Positions 37,411-48,739 of a DNA stretch of 64,000 bases are shown here, in pieces. Below the pieces are notes generated by a model that made no database searches, was not told the DNA's origin, and was given only the letters and a program-made list of their open reading frames with translations. The first letter of the stretch is position 1; every line of letters starts with the position of its first letter. Made by a program: the position numbers and the translations under genes. This DNA is from Squalus acanthias (taxonomy: Eukaryota): contig JASTWF010000345.1 of NCBI GenBank assembly GCA_030390025.1, positions 124,001 through 188,000 on the forward strand, written 5' to 3'.

Positions 37411-39624
37411 CTGTGGTTGAAAGGGTGAAATGCAAAACAGCTACTAAGATTTTAAATTTAAGTAAGGCTGACTTCAACAGGATGAGGCAGAGACTGTCCA
37501 CAGTAAACAGAGCAAAATTGTGAATGGATAAAATGACAGAAGATAGTGGGAGGTGTTCAAAAAATAATTTAACGTGATACAGAACTAGTTTATCCCCCTA
37601 ATGGGCAAGAGCTCTACTTGCCAAAAAAACCCAGCCATCGATGACAAATAGATAAGGGACAACATAACACTAAAAGGAAAAGCATACAAAACTGCAAAAA
37701 ATAGCACAGATCCTGGTGACTGGGAGCAATACAAAGAACAACAAAGGCTGACAAAACAGAAAGTAAGAGTATGAAAAGAAACTTGCAAGGGATATAAAAA
37801 AAATACAATTATATTATGAAAAAGAGGGATGTCAGGAGCAATGTGTGCCCCTTGAAAACTGAGAACGGTGATTAATGTAAATGATATCAGGAAATGGCAG
37901 ACATGTTGAATAATTACTTTGCATCAGTATTTACAGTAGAGGAAGAGGACAGCATGCTGGACATCCCAAGGAAACTAATATTGAATCAGGAGCTGGGACT
38001 TACCAAAATTAAGGTAAGCAAAATAACAATAATGAAGAAAATAATGGCACTAAAGAGTGACAAATCCCCAGGACCAGCTGGTTTCCATCCCAGGGTTTTA
38101 AAGGAAGGTGAGAACATTGCAGATGCCCTAATTATAATCTTCCAAAGTTCTTTCGATTCAGGGACCGTTTCTTCAGATTGGAAAATTGCACATGTCACTC
38201 CACTACTTAAGAAAGGTGAGAGGGAAACCAGGGAATTATGGACCAGTTAGCCTAACATCTGTTGTCGGGAAATTACTAGAGTCTATAATTAAGGATAGAG
38301 TGACTGAACACCGTGAGAATTTTCAGCTTATCAGAGAGAGCCAGCATGGATTTGTAACGGGTAGGTCATGCCTGACGAACCTGATTTATTTTTTTGAGGA
38401 GGTGACTAAAGTAGTGGACAGGGGAATGTCTATGGATGTCATTTATATGGACTTCCAGAAGGCATTCAATAAAGTTCCTCATAAGAGAGTTAGCTAAAGT
38501 TGAAGCTCATGGAATTGAAGGCAAATTATTGACCTGGTTAGGAAATTGGCTGAGCGGCAGGAGACAGAGAGTAGGGATAATGGGCAGATATTCTAATTGG
38601 CAGGATGTGACTAGTGGTGTCCCACAAGGATCTGTGTTGGGGCCTCAACTATTCACTGTATTTACTAACGACTTAGCTGATGGGACAGAGCCACATATCC
38701 AATTTTGCCGATGATACAAAGATAGGCGGCATTGTAAGCAGCGTAGGTGGAAGCATAAAATTACAAAGAGATATTAATAGATTAAGTGAATGGGCAAAAC
38801 TGTGGCAAATGGATTTCAAAGTAGGCAAGTGTGAGGTCATCCACTTTGGACCTAAAATAGATAGATCAGAGTACTTTCTAAATGGTAACAAGCTAGAAAC
38901 AGTGGAGGTTCGAAGAGACTTGGTGGTCCATGTACATAGATCATTAAAATGTCATGGACAGTTACAGAAATAATCAAAATGGCTAATGGAATGCTGGCCT
39001 TTATATCTAGAGGATTAGAATACAAACTGGTAGAAGTTATGCTACAGCTATACAAAGCCCTGGTTAGACCACAACTGGAGTACTGTGAGCAGCTCTGGGC
39101 ATCACACCTTAGGAAGAATATATTGGCCTTGGAGGGAGTGCAGCAAAGATTTACCAGAATTGTACCTAGACTCCAAGGGTTAAATAAAAAAGGAGAGATT
39201 ACACAAACTAGGGTTGTATTCCCTGGAATTTAGAAGGTTAAGGGGTGATTTAAGCAAAGTTTTCAAGATATTAAAGGGAATTGATAGGGTAGATAGAGAG
39301 AAATTATTTCTGCTGGTTGGGGATTCTAGGACTAGGGGACATAGCCTAAAAATTAGAGCCAGGCCTTTCAGGAGTGAAGTTAGGAAACACTTCTACACAC
39401 AAAGGGTGGTAGAAGTTTGGAACTCTCTTCCGCAAATGGCAATTGATGCTGGGTCAATTGTTAATTTTAAATCTGAGATTGATAGATTTTTGTCAACCAA
39501 AGATATTAAGGGATATGGGGCAAAGGCGAGTATATGGAGTTAGATCACAGATCACCCATGATCTCAATGAATGGCGGAACATGCTTGAGGGGCTGAATGG
39601 CCTACTCCTGTTCCTATGTTCCTG

Positions 39625-39980
39625 TTGACCATCCCTAGTTGCCCAGAGAAGGTGGTGGTGGTGGGCCTTCTTCCTGAACCACTGTGTGTAGCGACTTGTT
39701 ATGCCACTTCAGAGGGACAGTTAAGATTCAATCACGTTGGTGTGGGACTGGAGTCACATGTAGGCCAGACTGGGTAAGGATGGCAGATCTCCTTCCCTTT
39801 AGGACATTAATGAAACAGTTGGGATTTTATGACAATCTTTTTTATTGATACTAGCATTTTACTTCCAGATTTTTAAAGCCTGAATTCAAATTCTCAAACT
39901 ACCATGGTGGGATTTGAACTATGCATTATTTGCCCAGACCTCTAGATTACTAGTCCAGTAACATAACCACTACAATGCCA
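39625..39980 (-). mobile_element. SINE: tRNA head + central domain + 3' tail of the tRNA-headed LINE
   Basis: rc box A TTGTAGTGG (~39966-39974), box B GTTCAAATCC (~39910-39920), central domain as 48190-48350, then tail CACCACCTTCTCTGGGCAACTAGGGATGG. Confidence 0.85.
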
Positions 39981-40314
39981 TATGTATAATCGGGATAGTC
40001 CAATAAGGTTGTCCCTCCGGTAGTGTAAATCCAGTGTTGATCAATGGCAGCAGTAGTGTTATATCAAGAGACAAATTAATAGATCAATACTGTTTTGTTT
40101 TTCCAATGTGGCAGTGAGAATGTTGCTATTGTGAGGTATGAGATATAAAAATGGAAATCTGAAACATAAGCCAAAAATGCGGGTCTCCTCGGGATCTGTA
40201 TAGTTCTGATGAAGGATTAAAGCCAAAATATTAACATGTCATTTCTCTTTACAGATGCTGATGAACATGCTGTATATTTCCAACATTTTCTGTATTTGGT
40301 TGATGGGAAGAAAA

Positions 40315-40590
40315 AGAAATAATTTGCATCTATATAGCAACTTTCACATCCTCAGGATGTCCCAAAGCACTTCACAGCCAGTGAAGTACTTTGGAAGTGT
40401 TGTCACTGTTGTGATCTGTGCAGATGTGGCAGCTGAATTGTGCACAGCAGGGTGCCACACACAGCAATGAGGTAAATGACCAGATAATCTTTTTTTGAAG
40501 GATAAATGTTGGTCAGTACACTCGGAGAACTCACCGGCTTTTCTTCAAATAGTGCCATTGGACCTGACACTGAGCAGGGCCTTGGTTTAA
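40315..40590 (-). mobile_element. Deu-domain SINE fragment
   Basis: rc of tail (TTGCATCTATATAGC...CCCAAAGCACTTCACAGCCA) and of the central domain (CTTCAAATAGTGCCAT). Confidence 0.8.
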
Positions 40591-40911
40591 TATCTTGGGT
40601 TAGAAATTGGTATGCATTGAGCCCATTTTTCACCTGTAAAATGAGCACAAAGTAGACCCATTTTGCTGTAGGGCCCAATCTGTGCAGGTGTTGGTTCCAC
40701 TGCCAAATTCGCAGAACCCAAGGTCTTAGGCCCCTTCATATGTAAATGAGAGGCCTAAGGGCCTGTTAAAGGACCCCTTTCACAATTGGTCACCTCATGA
40801 GGTGGCCCGAAATTGACGTCTCCCGAAATTGATGCTTTCCATTGGGAAAGCTGCCTAAGGAGGTAAGACTAGTACCAGCAGCTCCTCCCGAGTAATTAAA
40901 TAAGGTTCTAG

Positions 40912-41825
40912 GACCAAGTGGCAAATGGAATTCAATCCGGAGAAGTGTGAGGTAATGCATTTGGGGAGGGCTAACAAGGCAAGGGAATACACAATAAATG
41001 GTAGGATACTGAGAAGTGTAGAGGAATATACGGACCTAGGAGTGCATGTCCACAGATCACTGTAAGTAACAGGACAGGTAGATAAGGTGGTTAAGAAGGC
41101 ATACGGGATTCTTTCCTTTATTAGTCGAGGCATAGAATATAAGAGCACAGAGGTTATGCTTGAACTGTATAAAACACTAGTTAGGCCACAGCTAGAGTAC
41201 TGCGTGCAGTTCTGGTCACCATATTACAGGAAAGATAGAAACATAGAAGATAGGAGCAGGAGTAGGCCATTCGGCCCCTCGAGCCTGCTCCGCCATTCAA
41301 TGCGATCATTGATGTGATTGCACCAGAGAGGGTACAGAGGAGATTTACGAGGATGTAGCCAGGACTGGAGAATTTTAGCTATGAGGAAAGATTGGATAGG
41401 TTGCGATTGTTTTCTTTGGAACAGGGGAGGCTAAGGGGAGTCTTAATTGAGGTGTATAAAAGTATGAGGGGCCTAGATAGAGTAGCTAGGAAGTACCTAT
41501 TTCCCTTAGCAGAGAGGTCAATAACCAGCGGCATAGATTTAAAGTAATTGGCAGAAGGATTAGAGGGGAGTTGAGGAGAATGTTTTTCACCCAGAGGGTA
41601 GTGGGGCTCTGGAACTCACTGCCTGAAAGGGTGGTAGAGGCAGAAACTGTCATTGCATTTAAAAAGTACTTGGATATGCACTTGAAGTGCCGTAACCTAC
41701 AGGGCTACAGACCAAGAGCTGGAAAGTGGGATTCGGCTGGATAGCTCTTTTTTGGCTGGCATAGACATGATGGGCCAAATGGCCTCCTACTGTGCCGTAA
41801 ATTTCTATGATTCTACGATTCCATG
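40912..41825 (+). mobile_element. CR1 3' part containing a small inverted CR1 tail (~41236-41312)
   Basis: ORF 41087..41317 KKAYGILSFISRGIEY...RPQLEYCVQFWSPY; tail TTTCTATGATTCTACGATTCCATG. Confidence 0.9.
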
Positions 41826-42337
41826 ACCAATGCTGTAAAGCAATATGTAGAGCGAATAGGGTGTTAGGGTGTATTTAGGAACATATGAAGATAGGAACAA
41901 GAGTAGGCCAATCAGCCACTCAAGCCTGTTCCGTCATTCAATTAGATCATTGCTGATCTATATCTTAACTCTGTCTACTGAAGCAGCCAAGGAGGAGCGG
42001 ACCTAACTGGGAACCGGAGCAGAGGCAAGTAAATAAAGAGCGTGGTCGGAGAGGGGCCTGAACTCACAGCGAGTAGCCGAGGAGGAGCGGACCTAACTGG
42101 GAACCAAAGCAGAGAGGGAAAAAAAATCCAGGAGTGACATCACAAGACAGCTGGTAACTGATTGGTTGGTAAAGGTCACATCGGTTTTTTATGCTCTTCA
42201 AGTTAGGGACCGGGGAGTGAATGTCCACCGGTCCCTGTAAGTAGCAGGGCAGGTAGATGAGGTGGTTAAGAAGGCATACGGGATACCTTCCTTCATTAAG
42301 TAAAATAGCTCATTAGGGATAAAGCAGGAGCTAGGAG

Positions 42338-42415
42338 ATTAGTAACTGTTAATACTATGTTAAATTAGTAACTGTTAATACTATATTAAATTTTGTGACT
42401 GTTAATAATATATTA
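42338..42415. repeat. 26-bp minisatellite x3 in CR1 5' UTR
   Basis: ATTAGTAACTGTTAATACTATGTTAA repeated. Confidence 0.85.
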
Positions 42416-42532
42416 TATAAATAACTTGAATTAGATACATCTTAGTCTTAAGTTTCTGTAAAGTTAGTTAATAGTCGAATAAATAAAGGCACAGCAGGGC
42501 AGCTCATTCCCGCGTAATGCGCATCGTGTGCC

Positions 42533-43441
42533 ATGTGGGAAATCCAGGACGCTTCCCGTGAGCTGGACAAACATGTGTGCAGGAAGTGTCGTCAGCTGGA
42601 GGAGCTCGAGCTCCGGGTTTCGGAGCTTGAGCAGCAGCTGGCATCACTGCGGTGCATCCGCAAGGCTGAGAGCTTCGTGGACAGCATGTTTCAGGAGGTG
42701 GTCACCCCGCAGCTAAGGAGTGTGCAGGCAGAGAGGGAATGGGTGACCGCCAGACAGAAGAAGAGGACCAGGCAGGTAGTGCAGGAGTCCCCTGAGTGCA
42801 TCTCGCACTCCAACCAGTATTCTGTTCTGAGTACTGGTGAGGGCGATGGTTCCTCTGGGGAGTACAGCCAGAGCCAAGTCCACGGCACCACAGGTGGCTC
42901 AGCTATACAGGGGGGCAGGAGGAAGAAAGGGAAAGCAATAGTGGTAGGGGATTCGATAGTTAGGGTAGCAGACAGGCATTTCTGTGGCCGCAGACGTGAC
43001 TCCAGGATGGTAAGTTGCCTCCCTGGTGCCAGGGTTAAGGATGTCACCGAGCAGCTGCAGAACATTCTGAGGAGGGAGGTTGAGCAGCCAGAGGTCGTGG
43101 TCCATATCGGTACCAACGACATAGGTAGAAAGAGGGATGAGGTCCTGCAGGCAGATTTTAGGGAGCTAGGAGAGAGATTAAAAAGCAGGACCTCAAAGGT
43201 AGTAATCTCTGTATTACTCCCGGTGCCACGTGCTAGTGAGTATAGAAATAGGAGGATAGAGCAGATGAATGCGTGGCTGGAGAGATGGTGCAGGAGGGAG
43301 GGCATCAGATTTCCGGGGCATTGGGGCTGGTTCTGGGGGAGGTGGGACCTGTACAGGCCGGACGGGTTGCACCTCAACAGAGCCGGTACCAGTATCTTCA
43401 TGGGGAGGTTTGCTAGTGCTGTTGGGGAGGGTTTAAATTAA
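42533..43441 (+). pseudogene. CR1 ORF1: zinc-finger/leucine zipper + SGNH esterase, 302 aa open
   Basis: HVCRKC, LEELELRVSELEQQL, VVGDSIV, HIGTNDI, DGLHL; compared with the 33055 copy, the extreme N-terminus has lost its ATG and has a TAA at ~42516. Confidence 0.9.
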
Positions 43442-45390
43442 GTTGGCGGGGGACGGACACCAGGAAGTAGCATTAGAAAGAAGAAACAAAGGACATAAAG
43501 GATTGGGAGAGATGGATAGCACTAAAGTAAGAAATAGTAAGGTATTAGGTGAGGTCAGACTAAGAGAGAACACAGGATGGTCTAAGATAGGTTTACAGTG
43601 TATGTCTGTGAATGCACGAAGCATAGTAAACAAGGTTGGTGAGCTGTAGGCGCAAATAGCCAAATGGGAATATGATGTTGTGGCAATAATGGAGACCTGG
43701 CTCAAAAAAGCGCAGGATTGGGTATTAAATATTCCTGGATATAAGGTGTTCAGGAAAGATAGGGAAGGAAAGAGGTGGTGTGGCAGTATTGGTTAAGGAG
43801 AATGTTACAGTGCTGGAGAAAGAGGATGTCCTGGAGGGGTCAGGGACAGAATCTATATAGCTAGAGTTGAGAAATAACAGAGGTGCCATTACACTACAAG
43901 GTGTATTCTGTAGGCCACCAACTCGTGGGGAAAATATGGAGGAGCAAATTTGCAGAGAAATTACAGAGAGATGCAAGAACTATAGAGTAGTGATAATGGG
44001 GGACTTCAACTATCCTAATATAGACTGGGATAGTAATAGTGTAAAGGGCCGAGAGGGGGAAGAATTTCTGAAGTGTGTTCAGGAGAACTTAATTGATCCA
44101 ATGAGGAAGGAGGCATTGCTGGATCTGGTTCTGGGGAATGAGGTAGGTCAAGTGGAGCAAGTGTCATTAGGTGAACATTTAAGGAACAATGATCATAGTA
44201 TCATAAGGTTTAGGTTAGCTATGGAAAAGGACAGGGAGCAATCTAGAGTAAAAATACTTAATTGGAGGAAGGCCAATTTCAGTGGGATCTGGCCCGGGTA
44301 AATTGGAATCAAAGATTGGCAGGCAAAACTGTAATGGAACAATGGGCTGCCTTTAAAGAGGAAATAGTTCGGGTACAGTCGAGGTACATTCCCACTAAGG
44401 AAAGGTAGGGCAACTAAAGTCAGAGCTCCCTGGATGACGAAAGAGATAGAGAGTAAGATGAAGCAGAAAAAGGGGGTGTATGACAGATGTCAGGTCAAGA
44501 ATATATCTGAGAATCAGGCTAAATATAGAAAGTTCAGAGGAGAAGTGAAAAAGAAAATAAGAGGGGCAAAGAGAGGGTATGAGAATAGAATGGCAGCTAA
44601 CATAAAAGGTAATCCAAAAGTCTTCTATAGGCATATAAATAGTAAACGGGTAGTAAGAGGAGGGGTGAGCCAATTAAGGACCAAAAAGGAGACCGACACA
44701 TGGAGGCAGAGGGTATAGCTAAGATGCTAAATGAGTACTTTGCATCTGTCTTCACCAAGAAGATGCTGCCATACACACAGAGAAGGAGGAAGTAGAGGAG
44801 ATACTGGATGGGATAAAAATTGATGAAGAGGATGTACCAGAAAGGCTGGCTGTACTTGAAGTAGATAAGTCACCAGGACCAGTTGGGATGCATCCTAGGA
44901 TGCTGAGGGAAGTGAAGGAAGATATTGCAGAGGTACTGGTCATAATCTTCCAATCCTCCTTAGAAACGGGAGTGGTGCCAGAGGACTAGAGAATTGCAAA
45001 TGTTACACCCTTGTTCAAAAAAGGGTGTAAAGATAAATCCAGCAACTACAGGCCAGTCAGTTTAACCTCGGTAGTGGGGAAGCTTTTAAAAACAATAGTC
45101 AGGGACAAAATTAACAGTCACTTGGACAAGTGTGGATTAATTAAGGAAAGCCAGCACGGATTTGTTAAAGGCAAATCGTGTTTAACCAACTTAATCTTTT
45201 TTGATGAGGTAACAGAAAGGGTTGATGAGGGCAATGTGGTTGACATGGTGTACATGGATTTCCAAAAGGGGTTCGACGAAGTGCCACATAATAGACTTGC
45301 CAGCAAAGTTAAAGCCCATGGAATAAAAGGGACAGTGGCAGCTTGGATATGAAATTATCTAACTGCGGCTAAATGACAGGAAACAGAGAG

Positions 45391-48300
45391 GTTTTTTTAA
45401 ATTCGTTTATAGGATGTGGGTGTCGCTGGCAAGGCCAGCATTTATTGCCCATCCCTAGTTGCCCTTGAGAAGGTGGTGGTGAGCCACCTCCTTGAAACGC
45501 TGCAGTCCGTGTGGTAATGGTACTCCCATAGTGCTGTTTGGGAGGGAGTTCCAGGATTTTGACCCAGCGACGATGAAGGATCGGCGATATACTTCTAAGT
45601 CAGGATGGTGTGTGACTTGGAGGGGCACTTGGAGGTGGTGGTGTTCCCATGCGCCTGCTGCCCTTGTCCTTCTAGATGGTAGAGGTCGCGGGTTTGGGAG
45701 GTGCTGCCGAAGAAGCCTTGGCGAGTTGCTGCAATGCATCTTGTAGATGGTACACACTGCAGCCACGGTACGCCGGTGGTGGAGGGAGTGAATGTTTAAG
45801 GTGGTGGATGGGGTGCCAATCAAGCGGGCTGATTTGTCCTGGATGGTGTCGAGCTTCTTGAGTGTTGTTGGAGCTGCACTCATCCAGGCAAGTGGAGAGC
45901 ATTCCATCACACTCCTTACTTGTGCCCTGTAGATGGTAGAAAGGCTTTGGGGAGTCAGGAGGTGAGACACTCGCCGCAGAATACCTAGCCTCTGACCTGC
46001 TCTTGTTGCCACATTATTTATGTGGCTGCTCCAGTTAAGTTTCTGGTTAATGGTGACCTCCAGGATACTGATAGTGGGGGATTCGGCGATGGTAATGCCA
46101 TTCAATGTCAAGATGAGGTGGTTAGACTCTCGCTTGTTGGAGATAGTCATTGCCTAGCACTTGTGTGGCGCAAATGTTACCTGCCACTTATCAGCCCAAG
46201 CCTGAACGTCGTCCAGGTCTTGTTGCATGTGGGCATGGACTGCTTCATTATCTGAGGAGTTGTCAATGGCGCTGAACACTGTGCAGTCATCAGCGAACAT
46301 CCCCATTTCTGACCTTATGTTGAAGAGAAGGTCATTGATGAAGCAGCTGAGCCTAGGACACTGTCCTGAGGAACTCCTGCAGCAATGTCCTGGGGCTGTG
46401 ATGATTGACCTTCAACCACCATCCTTTGTGCTAGGTATGACTCCAGCCAGTGGAGCGTTTTCCCCCTGATTCCTATTGACTTCAGTTTTACTAGGGCTCC
46501 TTGATGCCAGACTCGGTCAAATGCTGCCTTGATGTCAAGGGCAGTCACTCTCACTTCACCTCTGGAATTCAGCTCCTTTGTCCATGTTTGGACCAAGGCT
46601 CTAACGAGGTCGGGAGCCGAGTGGTCTTGGCGGAACCCAAACTGGGCATCAGTGAGCAGGTGCCGCTTGATAGCACCTTCCATCACTTTGCTGATGATTG
46701 AGAGTAGACTGATGGGGCAGTCATTGGCCGGTTGGATTTGTCCTGCTTTTTGTGGACTGGACATACCTGGGCAGTTTTCCACATTGTCAGATAGATGCTA
46801 GTGTTGCAGCTGTACTGGAACAGCTTGGCTAGAGGCGCGGCTAGTTCTGGAGCACAATAGCCCGGATGTCGTCGGGGCTCATAGCCTTTGCTGTATTCAG
46901 TGCGCTCAGCCCTTTCTTGATATCACATGGAGTGAATCGAATTGGCTGAAGACTGGCTTCTGTGATGGTGGGGACCAGGCCGATATGGATCATCCACTCG
47001 GCACTTCTGGCTGAAGTTGGTTGCAAACGCTTCAGCCTTGTCTTTTGCACTCACGTGCTGGGCTCCACCATCATTGAGGATGGGGATACTCTTGGAGCCT
47101 CCTCCTGTTAGTTGTTTAATGGTCCACCATCATTCACAACTGGATGTGGCAGGACTGCAGAGCTTTGATCTGATCCGTTGATTGTGGGATCGCTTAGCCC
47201 TGTCTATAGCATGCTGCTTCTGCTTTTTAGCATGTAGTCCTGTGTTGCAGCTTCCCCAGGTTGGCACCTCATTTTTAAGTATGCCTGGTGCTGCTCCTGG
47301 CATGCTCTTCTACACTCCTTATTGAACCAGGGTTGGTGGTAATGGTAGAGTGAGGGATATGCCAGGCCATGAGGTTACAGATTGTGGTGGAATACAATTC
47401 TGCTGCCCCACAGCGCCTCGTGGATGCCCAATTTTGAGCTGCTAGATCTGTTCTGAATCTATCCCATTTAGCACGGAGGTGGTGCCACACAACACAATGG
47501 AGGGGGTTCTCAGTGTGAAGACAGGACTTCGTCTCCACAATGACTGTGCTGGTGGTCACTGACAGATGCATCTGCAACAGGTAGATTGGTGAGGACAAGT
47601 AGGTTTTTCCCCTCGTGTTGGTTCACTCACCACCTGTCGCAGGCCCAGACTGGCAGTTATGCTGCCGAGCCACTCTTGGTGATGGACATTGAAGTCCCCC
47701 ACCCAGAGCACATTCTGTGCCCTTACTACTCTCAGTGCTTCTTCCAAGTGGTGTTCGACATGGAGGAGTACTGCTTCATTAGCTGAAGGAGGGCGGTAGG
47801 TGGTAATAAGCAGAAGGTTTCCTTGCCCATGCTTGACCTGAAGCCATGAGACTTCATGGGGTCCAGAGTCAATGTTGAGGACTCACAGGGCCACTCCTTC
47901 CCGACTGTATACCACTGTGCCAGGACATACCCCAGGGATGGTGATGGAGGATTTTGGGACATTGGCTGAAAGGTATGATTCTGTCAGTATGACTTTGTCA
48001 GGTTGTTGCTTGACTAGTCTGTGGGACAGCTCTCCCAATTTTGGCACAAGTCCCCAGTTGTTGGCTGGGATGCGTGTGCCATTGCCATGTCCGTAGCCGG
48101 TGCCGAAGCCGAAGTCAGGTGGTCCGTCCGGTTTCATTATTATTGTTATTATTTTGTTTTGTAGCAGTTAGTTACAACTGAGGGACTTACTAGGCCATTT
48201 CAGAGGGCAGTTAAGAGTCAACCACATTGCTGTGGGTCTGGGGTCACATATAGGCCAGACCAGGTAAGGACAGCAGATTTCTTTCCCTAATGGACATTAG

Positions 48301-48502
48301 TGAACCAGATGGGTTTTTACGACAATCCGATAGTTTCATGGTTAGCATTACTGATACTAGCTTTTTATTCCGATTTATTTAATTAACTGAATTTAAATTC
48401 CCCAGCTGCTGTGGTGGGATTTGAACTCACGTCGCCTGGATCACTAGTCCAGGCTTAACTGGATTACTAGCCCAGTGACATTACCACTACACTACCATTC
48501 CC
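45391..48502 (-). mobile_element. Full-length single-ORF (APE+RT) LINE with tRNA-derived 5' head; ORF frameshifted
   Basis: AGAG TSD in host CR1; box A TAGTGTAGTGG (48494-48484), box B GAGTTCAAATCC (48428-48417); ATG at 48137 (ANNWGL...ILTESYL), GDFNVHH, QFGFRQ, LDIKAAFDRVWH, GVPQ, C-terminal ORF 45455..46150; A tail. Confidence 0.95.
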
Positions 48503-48739
48503 AGAGTAGTGGTGAATGGTTGTTTTTCAGACTGGAGGAAGGTATACAGTGGTGTTCCCCAGGGGTTGGTTCTAGGACCACTGCTTTTCTTGATATATAT
48601 TAATCACTTGGATGTGGGTGTACAGGGCACAATTTCAAAATTTGCAGATGACACAAAACTTGGAAGTATAGTGAACAGTGAGGAGGATAGTGATAGACTT
48701 TAAGAGGGCATAGACAGGCTGTTGGAATGGGCAGACACA

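Larger units (their letters stand above)
32815..39625 (+). mobile_element. Fragmented near-full-length CR1 with nested DNA transposons
   Basis: ORF1 pieces 33055..33339 (CLDC...CLRL, leucine zipper), 33418..33693 (VVVGDSII), 35947..36162 (DGLQL); ORF2 pieces 37410-39543; tail at ~39620. Confidence 0.9.

Noticed and set aside
42691..43401. 236-aa minus-strand ORF
   Set aside because: Antisense shadow of CR1 ORF1
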